From positions 1-64,000 of the IMG/VR virus record IMGVR_UViG_3300042544_003795: a DNA stretch of 64,000 nucleotides. One strand, written 5' to 3'. This stretch comes from a virus. Position 1 is the stretch's first letter, and every line of letters begins with the position of its first letter. Made by a program: the position numbers and the translations under genes. Of the stretch, positions 10,342 through 20,624 are shown piece by piece. Below the pieces are notes generated by a model that saw only the letters and a list, made by a program, of their open reading frames with translations, had not been told where the DNA came from and ran no database searches.

Positions 10342-10408
10342 AATAAATATTACACTGATGTAGAGTTTTTAAGAAACAAAAAATTGAATATACTGTATGT
10401 ATATATAA

Positions 10409-11290
10409 ATGTTATTATTCTGTGGTAATAAAATACTTAGACATGCGGGAACATTATCAGCTATAATGGTTTCTGTAGGAGATAGAATTGATGAAGAGTG
10501 TTATGATGTATTATTCAACGATGGAACGAATGCTATTCTACCTAAAGGAATTAAAATAAGTCTTATTGAACATAAACATCTCCAAATAGATAGAGAAAGA
10601 GAAGACTGCTCGTATGGTACAAGGTCCAAATTCAGGTTAAAAAAAGTAATTCCCGAATTTACTAAAACTAATAAAGATGCTTACTTTATAGGATTTTGCA
10701 TATGCTTACCTATAAAAAATGGAGAAATACAAACTAAAAAGAAATCAATAATAGATATAAATTCTGTTCCTAATCAATACTTTAACATGGACGTGAAAAG
10801 TATGCCCAATGATTATTTTAAGATAATCGCCGCAGAAGGATATCCTAATCTCATTAAATTAGAACTCAAAAGAATAAGAAATTTTACTAAGTTAAGAGAT
10901 AGATTTATTCCAGATGAGTATTTGTTCTCCTCTATCGAAGATAGAATTTCATTGATACGCGGGTGCATGGATGCCTGCGGAAGATTTTGTAAAAGCGAGA
11001 CGACATTTGAAACATCCTCTAGACAACTTGCCAAAGACTTTTCTTTTTTGATTAAATCAATAGGTGGCTTCTGTAAAATAAGATCTAAGCAATCAAAAAG
11101 AGAATATTATATTTTGTCAATTAGTTTCAATAATGATTTTAACCCTTTCTTAACAAAGGCTAATACTTTCCGCCCGAGTAAAAACCCTAGAGTAAGATCT
11201 ATTATAAAAATAGAAAAAGCGGGAGTTTTACCATGCTTGGAAACCCCGCTCGATTCTGTCATTTTAGAAAATCTTGTAGAAGTTAGCTAA
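10409..11290 (+). CDS. Free-standing degenerate intein-type LAGLIDADG endonuclease
   Basis: FIPDEYLFSSIEDRISLIRGCMDACG...TSSRQLAKDF..LIKSIG block typical of intein endonucleases; no terminal His-Asn. Confidence 0.65.
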   Translation: MLLFCGNKILRHAGTLSAIMVSVGDRIDEECYDVLFNDGTNAILPKGIKISLIEHKHLQIDREREDCSYGTRSKFRLKKVIPEFTKTNKDAYFIGFCICLPIKNGEIQTKKKSIIDINSVPNQYFNMDVKSMPNDYFKIIAAEGYPNLIKLELKRIRNFTKLRDRFIPDEYLFSSIEDRISLIRGCMDACGRFCKSETTFETSSRQLAKDFSFLIKSIGGFCKIRSKQSKREYYILSISFNNDFNPFLTKANTFRPSKNPRVRSIIKIEKAGVLPCLETPLDSVILENLVEVS

Positions 11291-12047
11291 CTATACTCTC
11301 TTTATTTCTTTCTTGATATTGTTCTACTTTACTGACCACGAATTGCACGAAAGGACTTCTTACAATCTGAGAACTATCTAGTTTAAAGTATCTAAACCCG
11401 TGATCTTTAGACTCTTCATCCCCGAATATTTCGATAAACTTTCTAAATCCAGATAGTTTACCTAAATCGTTTTGGAAAACGCTATCTCCAATAACAAAAA
11501 GTTTACTATACATACTTAGTCGAGTTGCTATCGTAAAGATAGAATCAAAAGTCATGACTTGAGACTCTTCGCATATAACAGCAGAGTTATGAAAATTATA
11601 AGATCTTAACATTGAAGTTGGATAACATTTTATCCTTTCTTGTTCACCTAATCTTTTAATATCATTACCCGGAATGATTTCAGATAGAGTTTGATTTAAG
11701 GCCTCATTATAATAGAAGGTCTTTTCATCTAGATCCCCTTTTAGATATCCAGTTTGTCCATCTTTAGCTTGAACTAAAGATCTTAAATATACAATCTGTT
11801 TAACTATATGGAGGTCAAGAAGCATAAGAGAAGACAGAATAGTCGTCCAACTTTTTCCCGTCCCCGGCACCCCATCTATAACAACACATTTAACTTCTTT
11901 ATCCAGAGCGGCTTCTATTATTTGTTTCTGAACCTCAGTTAAATCATTCCTATGCTGTATATTTAAACTGAAATTTAAATTAGGATCTTCTTTAACCTTA
12001 GAATTTTTTCTGGTTAAATCCGACAGAGCTTTTGGTTTATTTGCCAT
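11283..12047 (-). CDS. phoH: PhoH-family ATPase
   Basis: GVPGTGKS P-loop, GYLKGDL.EK, LRSYNF, EESQ, IGD..QNDL, IVRSPFV. Confidence 0.9.
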   Translation of the reverse strand: MANKPKALSDLTRKNSKVKEDPNLNFSLNIQHRNDLTEVQKQIIEAALDKEVKCVVIDGVPGTGKSWTTILSSLMLLDLHIVKQIVYLRSLVQAKDGQTGYLKGDLDEKTFYYNEALNQTLSEIIPGNDIKRLGEQERIKCYPTSMLRSYNFHNSAVICEESQVMTFDSIFTIATRLSMYSKLFVIGDSVFQNDLGKLSGFRKFIEIFGDEESKDHGFRYFKLDSSQIVRSPFVQFVVSKVEQYQERNKESIVS

Positions 12048-12105
12048 GTAATTAAATATACACTCAAATTTTGGTGTATAAAAATAAAGTTACCCCAAGA
12101 AAATT

Positions 12106-13290
12106 ATGCCTTTACCTGATAACTTTGCACTTTTAGCTCTAAGTCCCACGATCAGGGAAAACGATGGATTCCTATTCCTACAAACAGGTCAAGCAGGTTA
12201 TATAGACATAATGGTTCAATCAGCTACGGGCTTGCCAGTCAATATATTAAAAGTTGGGTCTGGCGTTCCGGTTTCTCAATATATATATGTTAATCAGAAT
12301 GGTAATGATTCTACAGCTAAAAAAGAAACTATAGATTTTCCTTTTAAAACTATAGCAGCAGCTTTAAATACAGCAACTGCAAATGATACTATAGAAGTTT
12401 TTCCCGGAGTTTACAATGTGTCTGGAAATATGTATAAGGTTGGAGTTAATTATTATTTAAATAAAAATACTAATATAAATTTTGTAACAAATGGAAAACT
12501 TCATATAACAGGTTTGGATACAGGAGATTTTAATATATTTGGAAATGGAGTATTAACTCAAGATTCAGCTGCTAATGATCTATTCCATATTTCAGGTGGA
12601 AAAGTTACTTTAGAAGTCGATAGAATTCAAGCTGCTAGTTGCAATTTTCTTATAAATGAAGTCGCGAGTTCTTTGTCTTATTTAGTCATGAAAACAAAAG
12701 GGGAGGGGACTGTTGATGATGGTCACTTCTATTTTAGCACTTTAAACATAAAAAACTCTACTACAAAATTTGAAGGGATAAAGTTTAAAGGAACTTCTAT
12801 ATCCGTTCAAGCAAATTCTACCAAAGATATTGAATTCGAAGACTGTTTATTCGATGGGACAGATTCTTCTCCTAGCAATCCTATTTACAGATTAACAGGT
12901 AAATATAATTTAACTAATTGTTCTTTCACAAACTCCTTCCCACATTTTACAGCTCTCGGTAAATCAAGAATCAGAAATACTATATTCAATGGGGGGATAG
13001 TAGTCTCAGGATCTAACTATTTCGACTCTTGTGTTTTTGATACTAAAGCTTCTACCCTGTATCCCAACTCGTCTTTAATAACTTGTTTAGGCGGAAACTC
13101 TTTATTCTCAAATTGTTACGTTAATAATTTTAATAATAACACTAATGTATTCTATACATTCAGGGCATCAGGATCAGCTTCTGGAGCTTCAGACTTTAAC
13201 ATAAATGGGACATTCTCATCTTTTGATCCAGTTTTTTCAGGAACTGTTATTAAATTCGGTACGTTCATTTATGACGTAAATTTAAAATAG
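12106..13290 (+). CDS. Parallel beta-helix (pectin-lyase-like) virion protein
   Basis: IYV..NGNDSTA......PFKTIAAAL....DTIEVFPGVY motif followed by beta-helix-like repeats. Confidence 0.65.
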   Translation: MPLPDNFALLALSPTIRENDGFLFLQTGQAGYIDIMVQSATGLPVNILKVGSGVPVSQYIYVNQNGNDSTAKKETIDFPFKTIAAALNTATANDTIEVFPGVYNVSGNMYKVGVNYYLNKNTNINFVTNGKLHITGLDTGDFNIFGNGVLTQDSAANDLFHISGGKVTLEVDRIQAASCNFLINEVASSLSYLVMKTKGEGTVDDGHFYFSTLNIKNSTTKFEGIKFKGTSISVQANSTKDIEFEDCLFDGTDSSPSNPIYRLTGKYNLTNCSFTNSFPHFTALGKSRIRNTIFNGGIVVSGSNYFDSCVFDTKASTLYPNSSLITCLGGNSLFSNCYVNNFNNNTNVFYTFRASGSASGASDFNINGTFSSFDPVFSGTVIKFGTFIYDVNLK

Positions 13291-13338
13291 ACACAATTAT
13301 TTTAATAATCTGTATAAACTTAACACAATAGGAAAAAA

Positions 13339-13680
13339 ATGCCAAATATTTATTGCCCATCGTGCGGAAGCGGAATTAAATTCCTCTACGAAAAACCAAA
13401 ATCTTGCAGTAATTGTAAATTTGTTTTCGCCGTACCTATTAAATTAGAAGAAGAAAAAGATTATAATGAAAGTGTATCTTTCAAAAAACTTCCAAAAAAT
13501 AAAATTTCTCTTAAAGATATAAAAATAACAATAGAAAAAATTACGCCTATTAAATTAAGTTCTGTCTTGGGTTCTGATCCTAACAACGAATCTTTCAAAA
13601 GGAAGGGTTTAACAAAGGAAGAATTCAGACAACAGGTATTTAAGTCAGGGCCAATTTCCCTAGATGATGATCAAATTTGA
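13339..13680 (+). CDS. Zinc-ribbon protein
   Basis: YCPSCG...CSNCK. Confidence 0.7.
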   Translation: MPNIYCPSCGSGIKFLYEKPKSCSNCKFVFAVPIKLEEEKDYNESVSFKKLPKNKISLKDIKITIEKITPIKLSSVLGSDPNNESFKRKGLTKEEFRQQVFKSGPISLDDDQI

Positions 13681-14341
13681 AGATAAAATAAAATGTATAG
13701 ACTCACTTATACAAAAAAATAGAGGCAGATGGCGTCTATCTGATATATGCGGTTTTGGATTTGAGGATTTAGCCCAAACAATAAGACTTCATATTTATAA
13801 CAAGTGGGCTCAATGGGATCAGGAAAGACCATTCGAATACTGGTGTAATAAGATAATAATAAACCAGATAAAGAACACAGTAAGAGATAGATATTCAAGA
13901 GATGCCCCTCCTTGCTTCAGCTGCCCATTCGATAGAGGTTCAGATTTATGTGGTTATACTAAGAGCGGAGTAAAATGTGATCAGTGCCCGTCTTTCTGCA
14001 AGTGGGCAAAAAAGAAACAAAATAAATTCTTACTAAAAACAGCTCTTTCAATTGATAGTGAGAATTTCAAAGAAACTCAAGATTTTTCTGATCCAATATC
14101 TTCTATAAAACTTGAATCCTCTGTTATAAAATTCCATAAGTTTATTTGTCAATTCCTTAATCCTAAAATGGTAAATTTTTATGGATTAATATATATAGAG
14201 AATTTAAAAGACGAACAAGTAATAGAAAGACTCAAAAATATAAATGGAAAGGGCATAACTAAAAGACAGCTTATAACTATAAGAAAGAATTTGCAGATTA
14301 TAGCTAAGAAAAAAATAAGCGAATTCGATCCCGAAGAATGA
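13664..14341 (+). CDS. Sigma70/ECF-like phage sigma factor with Cys-rich insertion (late sigma candidate)
   Basis: Region-2-like FEDLAQ.IRLHIY.KW..WD..RPF..W...II.NQIKN..RD; C-terminal HTH-like helices. Confidence 0.65.
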   Translation: MMIKFEDKIKCIDSLIQKNRGRWRLSDICGFGFEDLAQTIRLHIYNKWAQWDQERPFEYWCNKIIINQIKNTVRDRYSRDAPPCFSCPFDRGSDLCGYTKSGVKCDQCPSFCKWAKKKQNKFLLKTALSIDSENFKETQDFSDPISSIKLESSVIKFHKFICQFLNPKMVNFYGLIYIENLKDEQVIERLKNINGKGITKRQLITIRKNLQIIAKKKISEFDPEE

Positions 14342-15480
14342 ACACTTCAATAAGAACAAACCTAACTGAAAAATTAGGTAAAAAAATAGATAGAAAGAAC
14401 ATAAACTTATGTGATAAAATAATTTGTCAGCATAAATATGAATTAGATTTAAATCAGCAGGACTATCTAAATGATAATAAGAACTGTAAAGAAAGTAATA
14501 TCCTATCTCTCGCACAAGAGGTTTATAAGAATTCGAAGCTCATAGAGCAGACAGAGGAGTTCAAGAATGTAAGGAAATTTTTACAAAAATTATGGAGAGG
14601 CGGAGAGTATGATAATTATACAGATGAGCAATTAGATTTTCTTTTCGAAAATGCGGAACATTTAACTCCTAAAGAAATAGCCAAAACTCTGTTTCCCGAT
14701 AAAGAATATATAGTCTCTTTAAGAACTATTACATCCTTATTAGATGCGGCAGGTTTTAGAGAAGTTAAAGATGACGAAAAAATAGAAAGAACGAATGCTA
14801 GATATAACTCTCCTAGAACAGATTTGCAAGTTATGAATCTCATAAATAGATCAGATCATTCTGCGAAGTATGATTCTGATAAAATGGATATGAGGAAAAA
14901 AGATTCTATTGCTGCTGTGAAAAAATTCTTATCAGCTCCTAGATTCGTCGAAATGATTTCTATGATTACGAATGTAAAACATAGAGAAGTTTTTGAAACA
15001 GAATTCGTAAAGGCTGTTTATAATAAACCGGATTTAAATTCAGACGAAGTTAATCTTTATATAGGACTAGCTTTAGAATATGTAACTTTAATCGAGATAA
15101 GACAGCAGATAACAATCCTAAATGATAGATTAACAGAGTCTATGTCAGATGATGAAGAGGGCAGAAAATTTACGATGTCTTTATCAGAAGCTTTAAAAGA
15201 TAAGACAGCAGCTTATAATCATTGCCTAGAAAGAACTCTTAAAATGACACGCTCTTTGAGTGGAGATAGAATTAAGAAGCTAGAAAAACAAGCTTTGGCT
15301 AATCAGAGTTTAGCTCAGTTCATTGAACTTGTTCAAGATGAGAAAGAAAGAAGAAGGATGATACTAATCGCTAAAGCAGAAGAGTTCAAAGTCAAAGAAA
15401 AAATACAAGAGTTAGAAAACTTTTCAGAGCTTTTTGTTGAAGTTTACGGTGTCGGCAAAGAGGAGGTATTCTCTCTTTAA
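14338..15480 (+). CDS. Conserved packaging-region protein (possible terminase small subunit)
   Basis: 380 aa, HTH-like TPKEIAK segment, coiled-coil C-terminus, upstream of TerL. Confidence 0.4.
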   Translation: MNTSIRTNLTEKLGKKIDRKNINLCDKIICQHKYELDLNQQDYLNDNKNCKESNILSLAQEVYKNSKLIEQTEEFKNVRKFLQKLWRGGEYDNYTDEQLDFLFENAEHLTPKEIAKTLFPDKEYIVSLRTITSLLDAAGFREVKDDEKIERTNARYNSPRTDLQVMNLINRSDHSAKYDSDKMDMRKKDSIAAVKKFLSAPRFVEMISMITNVKHREVFETEFVKAVYNKPDLNSDEVNLYIGLALEYVTLIEIRQQITILNDRLTESMSDDEEGRKFTMSLSEALKDKTAAYNHCLERTLKMTRSLSGDRIKKLEKQALANQSLAQFIELVQDEKERRRMILIAKAEEFKVKEKIQELENFSELFVEVYGVGKEEVFSL

Positions 15481-16397
15481 TGAAATGTCTAGAATGTTTA
15501 TCTGATTTTTCTAGTGAAAAGGGATTACATTTACATGTTTCCAAGAAGCATAAATTCTCTTTGCAGGAATATTACAGTAAACATTTTCCTAGATTCGACA
15601 AATTCTCTAATGAACCAATAAAGTTTAAAAATTTTGAAGAGTATTTTTTAACTGATTTCAATTCAAAAGAAAACTTAGCTAATTGGTGTTTCAAAGAAGA
15701 GAAAACTATTGTAAGAGATTACATTTGTAAGCTTTTTAAAGCAAGATGCAATAAGAAAAAAACGCTTTTCGTTCCATCTAATATAGAATTGAAAAGTTTA
15801 TTCTTGCCATCTTGGCAGGGTCTTGTTAAAATCTTTGATACTAAAGAAAATATAATAAAGGCATTAACGAAGCAAGGGCTTAGATTCAAATATGATTATA
15901 TATCTACTCCCACATTTAGTGATATAGAACCAGAGATTTTAATAGACACTAGAGAACAAAACCCATTAGAGTTTAAAGATTCTAAAAAAATGAAATTGAG
16001 TTGTGGTGATTATGGAACATCGGGGCCTTTATTTTCTGATGTTTTTGTGGAGAGAAAAAGCTTAGAAGATTTGATATCAACTTTAGTTTCCGGGGCCGAA
16101 AGATTCGATAGAGAAATATCAAGAGCTGAAGATCTCGGTTACTATCTAGTAGTTTTAATAGAGAATAAATTTCAGAATGCTTTAAACTATAGTCCAGAAA
16201 AAAGTTTCAGTAAATATATAAATGGAAAGTTTGTTTTCCATAAGATTAGAGAAATTTACGCAAAGTACAATAATATACAATTTATCTTTTCTGATTCTAG
16301 AGAAAACTCTAAATATATAATGATAAAGATTTTTCAGATGAAAGAAAGTGTAAAGAAATTCGATTTAGAATTTTTGAAAGATTTTAACCAGATATAA
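15480..16397 (+). CDS. C2H2 zinc finger plus ERCC4/XPF-type nuclease
   Basis: CLEC...LHLH..KH; IDTREQ, GDY, VERKS..DL motifs. Confidence 0.85.
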   Translation: MKCLECLSDFSSEKGLHLHVSKKHKFSLQEYYSKHFPRFDKFSNEPIKFKNFEEYFLTDFNSKENLANWCFKEEKTIVRDYICKLFKARCNKKKTLFVPSNIELKSLFLPSWQGLVKIFDTKENIIKALTKQGLRFKYDYISTPTFSDIEPEILIDTREQNPLEFKDSKKMKLSCGDYGTSGPLFSDVFVERKSLEDLISTLVSGAERFDREISRAEDLGYYLVVLIENKFQNALNYSPEKSFSKYINGKFVFHKIREIYAKYNNIQFIFSDSRENSKYIMIKIFQMKESVKKFDLEFLKDFNQI

Positions 16398-16399
16398 AC

Positions 16400-18277
16400 A
16401 TGTGGAACGAAGGTGCTCATCCTACCCCTTTTAGGAAATCGACTAATGATGAACTTGATAAAGTCAAAGGGATACTTTCTGAGGCGGAAGCTCAACAATG
16501 GTTCGCTAGATATTGTTTAGCTAATCCCGCATTCATGGTTTATCTTTTGACTAGAGTCAAGCTAGATCCTGTACAAGATCTAATGTTAAGATCCTTTATT
16601 TTAAAAGATTATTGCCTTGTTGTAGCTGGGCGGGGATTTTCAAAATCTTTCGTAATTTCTTTATTCTGTATAATATATGCTCTAGGCAATCCCGGCGTTA
16701 AAATAGGTATAGCCTCGGGAACATTTCGTCAGTCTAAATCTATAATGAAGCAGATTGATAGCTTCGCTTCTCATCCTAAGAACGGAACCTTTTTAAGATC
16801 CTGCATAACAAAACAATTATCAAAATCAAGTGACGCTTGGTCAATGGAAATTGGTTATTCGTCTATAACAGCTATCCCTCTAGGTAAAGTTAGAGGTTAC
16901 AGATTCAATGTTCTTATTGTTGACGAGCTTTTAGTAGTGAGTAAAGAAATCATAGATTCGATTCTTAAGCCGTTCTTGATGGTTAGACAAGATGGCCCTC
17001 AGCACGAAGAAATCACAAACGCTCAAAAACTTTTAGTTGCAAATGGAGTTTTAAACCCAGAAGATGTACAACAGTTTTCATCTAACAATAAAATTATTGG
17101 TTTATCTTCTGCAAGTTACAAATTTGAATCTCTTTATAGAGATAATTATGTGCCTTATGTAAAAACAATTCTAGACCCAGAAGCTGAGAATGTTAATCAT
17201 TGCGTTTTCAGAATGTCTTACAGAGCTGCCCCTAAAGGCTTCATGGAAGAATCGGCTATTGAAGACATGAGAAGAACAATGTCTAAGTCCATGTTCGACA
17301 GAGAGTTAGAAGCTATATTCGGAGATGATACAGGTGGTTATTTTTCAGCTCAAGCTATCGAAGAAGCAAGTGTAAAACTCGGAGAATATCCTACCGTAAA
17401 AATAGTCGGAGATCTAGATAAAAAATACATATTATCAATAGATCCTAACTATAATAATTCTGAAACCTCAGATGACTTTGCAATGGCTGTTCTCGAACTC
17501 AATGAAGAGGATGAGTCAGCAACTCTTGTTCATGCTTACGCTTTGCCGAATAGTACCAATGAGAAAAGATGTTTATATTTGAAATACCTTCTTGAAAAGT
17601 TCAATGTAGTATACATGATTATAGATAATAGCGGAGGTCCTGCATTCTTGCAGATTGGAAAAGAATTCAAATTGATGCCCAGAGAGTTACATCTTTTTGA
17701 TCACGATTTCTTGAATTATAATTCCAATGAAGGCATCTTATATTCTAAAAATAATTATGTTCCAAAAGATGGTAAGATAGTTCACTCTCAAGCTTTCGGC
17801 GTTGGAGGATGGTTAAGGTTTGCAAATGAAAACTTGCAATGGATGATAGAAAAGAAAAAAATAAGATTTGCCGCTCCAGTATTTAACGATTCAGACTTTC
17901 AAAAAGCTATAAATGAAAAATTTCCTATAGAAGATTTACATTATTCTAAGACTCAAGATATTAGTAAAGAAGAAACCAAAGAGATAGCTAAAAATGTTCA
18001 AGAGGAAATGAAAGTAGATTTTGTAGAGCATCTAGGAGATGTTATAAATCTAACTAAAAGGGAATGTTCCCTTATAGAAGTCTCCACTAGCCCAAATGGC
18101 AATCAACAGTTTGATTTGCCAGCTACAATGAAAAGAGATAGCAATCCTCATAAAGCCCGAAGGGACTCTTACACTGCTCTTCTATTGGGAAGCTGGGGTG
18201 TTAAATGTTATTTTGATATGAATAGAGAACAAGAGGTAAATAAATCTTTTGAATTCGTTCCAAGGATGTTTAGATAA
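16400..18277 (+). CDS. terL: Terminase large subunit
   Basis: Walker A AGRGFSKS, Walker B LIVDE, RNase H-like IDP...D and RRDSY motifs. Confidence 0.9.
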   Translation: MWNEGAHPTPFRKSTNDELDKVKGILSEAEAQQWFARYCLANPAFMVYLLTRVKLDPVQDLMLRSFILKDYCLVVAGRGFSKSFVISLFCIIYALGNPGVKIGIASGTFRQSKSIMKQIDSFASHPKNGTFLRSCITKQLSKSSDAWSMEIGYSSITAIPLGKVRGYRFNVLIVDELLVVSKEIIDSILKPFLMVRQDGPQHEEITNAQKLLVANGVLNPEDVQQFSSNNKIIGLSSASYKFESLYRDNYVPYVKTILDPEAENVNHCVFRMSYRAAPKGFMEESAIEDMRRTMSKSMFDRELEAIFGDDTGGYFSAQAIEEASVKLGEYPTVKIVGDLDKKYILSIDPNYNNSETSDDFAMAVLELNEEDESATLVHAYALPNSTNEKRCLYLKYLLEKFNVVYMIIDNSGGPAFLQIGKEFKLMPRELHLFDHDFLNYNSNEGILYSKNNYVPKDGKIVHSQAFGVGGWLRFANENLQWMIEKKKIRFAAPVFNDSDFQKAINEKFPIEDLHYSKTQDISKEETKEIAKNVQEEMKVDFVEHLGDVINLTKRECSLIEVSTSPNGNQQFDLPATMKRDSNPHKARRDSYTALLLGSWGVKCYFDMNREQEVNKSFEFVPRMFR

Positions 18278-18322
18278 ATTTTAAGGTTAAAATTAATTTA
18301 GTAAGAATTTTTAAGGTTTAAA

Positions 18323-18329
18323 AGTGTAT
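18323..18329 (+). promoter_or_regulatory. Late-promoter motif RGTGTAW-N8-ATG (representative)
   Basis: Same motif exactly 8 nt before ATG at 3906, 4288, 6661, 9722, 10341, 18338; 9-10 nt at 7570, 12047. Confidence 0.75.
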
Positions 18330-18337
18330 AGTAGTGT

Positions 18338-20170
18338 ATGGCTCGTAAACCCAAAAGCAACGCTGTAGTTGTAAACTCAGACCCTTTCACTCCAAAGTTC
18401 ATTTCAGAATCAGCAAGAGACTTAAGAAATAGGGGTACAAATTCTTTCCAGAACCCGTTATCAGGACTTTCAGGGGAAATAGAAAATATTAACAAAGGTG
18501 TATCACCTTTCTCAAGAGATAACTCAGGAACTCTAAGTGCTCAACAAGCTATTATCTTGTGTCAAAAAGCTTATTGGAATGTTGCCATATTTAGAAATAC
18601 TATTGATATTCAAACAGAGTTTGCTAATTCGAAATTACACTTCAGAGGCAAAAATAAAAGATCTGTTAAATTTTACGAGGAATGGTATAAGAAAATAAAT
18701 GGTTGGTCTTTATCAGAAAGATTTTTTAGAGAATGGTTTAGATCTGGAAATGTTTTTATTTATAAATTCCTGTATAATGTTACGAGTCCTGAAATAAATA
18801 AAATGTCTAGAGCTCAAGCTCAGAAAAAAATCCCTTTACGATATACTATTTTAAATCCAGCCGATATGAGAGCTGAGGGGTCAGCAACTTTTGTGAATTT
18901 TAATTATTATAAGTTATTGAATACCTACGAGTTAGCTAGACTAAAAACTCCCAAAACAGAAGATGAGAAAAGATTCATGGATTCATTACCTGTTAATATT
19001 AGAGAACAAATCAAAAGAGGAGAGTTGCCTGAGATCCCTATAGACACAGAATATCTAACAGCTATATTTTGTGGCAAGCAAGATTATGAAGCTTTGTCTG
19101 TGCCAATGTACTATCCTGTTCTTTTTGATATTGATTTAAAGCTAGAGTTCAAGAAGATGGAAAAAGTTATAGCCAGAACCGCTGACTATATGATCCTTTT
19201 GATTACAGCTGGTGATAAAGATAGAGATCCTAATACAAATTCAAGAATACTAGCTGCTTTACAAGATTTGTTCGAGATGGAAAGCGTAGGCAGAGTACTA
19301 GTGTCTGATTATTCTACTAAAGCAGAATTCATTTTACCAGATTTAAATAAAATCTTGGGACCAGATAAGTATCAAGTAGTTAATCAGGATATTGCTAACG
19401 GTTTGATGAATATATTCTGGGGAGATGAGAAGTATGCCAATTCAATGGTAAAAATAAAAGTCTTTCTAGAGAGATTGAATTCAGCTAGACAGGCATTCTT
19501 GAATAATTTCTTAATTCCTGAAATGGAGATGATTGCTAATGAACTAGGATTCACTGAAATACCTGAGCCCGTTTTTGATCAAGTAGATTTAAAAGAAGAA
19601 ATCGAATATATGAAGGTTTATACAAGACTTGCTGAAATTGGCATGTTGACACCAGAAGAACTATTCGAAACTTTAGAAACCCACAGTCTGCCTCTTCCAG
19701 AAAACTCAATTGAAGCTCACAATAAATTCAAAGAGCTTAAAGACAAGGGTCTTTATGAGCCAATCATTGGCGGACAGAAAAAAGAGGGAGGCACAGGCCA
19801 ACCAGCGGGAAGACCAGCAGGAACAAAGGCTCCTCAAACTACTAAAAAGGTTTCACCAATAGGCGCATCTAAATTCAGTTTGCAAAAAATCTCTGAGAAT
19901 ATTAGATTGATTAATGATCTGTCAGAAGCTGTAGAATCGAACTATAGGAAAATGAACAGTATCAAAAGACTCAGTTCCAAGCAGAAAGATTTATGCTGGC
20001 ATGTAACGGAGTCTATTATCGCCTCTAAAAATGTAAACGATTGGCAATCGGATATTCCTGATTGGATTAAAAATCCCACTATAGTACCGAACGAGGAGAC
20101 TCTAGAGATCGCAACGGAACACAACGTCTCTATATTCTTGGCTGGACTACTCAAGGAGTCAAAAATTTAG
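18338..20170 (+). CDS. Portal protein
   Basis: 610 aa directly after TerL; AY.NVAIFRNTID, REWFRSGNVF; AGTGTAT-N8-ATG. Confidence 0.8.
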   Translation: MARKPKSNAVVVNSDPFTPKFISESARDLRNRGTNSFQNPLSGLSGEIENINKGVSPFSRDNSGTLSAQQAIILCQKAYWNVAIFRNTIDIQTEFANSKLHFRGKNKRSVKFYEEWYKKINGWSLSERFFREWFRSGNVFIYKFLYNVTSPEINKMSRAQAQKKIPLRYTILNPADMRAEGSATFVNFNYYKLLNTYELARLKTPKTEDEKRFMDSLPVNIREQIKRGELPEIPIDTEYLTAIFCGKQDYEALSVPMYYPVLFDIDLKLEFKKMEKVIARTADYMILLITAGDKDRDPNTNSRILAALQDLFEMESVGRVLVSDYSTKAEFILPDLNKILGPDKYQVVNQDIANGLMNIFWGDEKYANSMVKIKVFLERLNSARQAFLNNFLIPEMEMIANELGFTEIPEPVFDQVDLKEEIEYMKVYTRLAEIGMLTPEELFETLETHSLPLPENSIEAHNKFKELKDKGLYEPIIGGQKKEGGTGQPAGRPAGTKAPQTTKKVSPIGASKFSLQKISENIRLINDLSEAVESNYRKMNSIKRLSSKQKDLCWHVTESIIASKNVNDWQSDIPDWIKNPTIVPNEETLEIATEHNVSIFLAGLLKESKI

Positions 20171-20253
20171 AAAATGAAGAAAAAAGCTTGACTTTCAAAA
20201 AAGTGCCGCTACTATAGAAGGACCGCCATACTTCGGCGGCCAAAAACATCAAA

Positions 20254-20589
20254 ATGAAAAATCTAAATAATCCAGAACAAGTAAAACCAGACAATATTAT
20301 TAATATGGATGAATTCGACATGGAAGATAAAATGTATGTTGAGTTCTTGGAAAAGCAACTCGCGCAATCTATCGTGGAAATGGAAAAGAAGGATAGTGCA
20401 ATCTCCGCTTTTATAGACTTACTCTCTTTTGTCAAAGAAAATATTGGGGATACTGCGGATTATCCGATTCGGGTCACAGATGATTATTCTATTGCTTCTT
20501 TCTCTGAAAAACTTGATATATGCTTGATTAAAGTTGCTGAAGCTGAGAACAAAAATTCAGAACATTACGAATTAGATCCGATTTTCTAG
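20254..20589 (+). CDS. Hypothetical protein
   Basis: 111 aa ORF behind a TTGACT..TACTAT promoter-like site. Confidence 0.6.
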   Translation: MKNLNNPEQVKPDNIINMDEFDMEDKMYVEFLEKQLAQSIVEMEKKDSAISAFIDLLSFVKENIGDTADYPIRVTDDYSIASFSEKLDICLIKVAEAENKNSEHYELDPIF

Positions 20590-20624
20590 ATCTAGGAAAG
20601 TTATACATTAAACCTGATTGAAAA

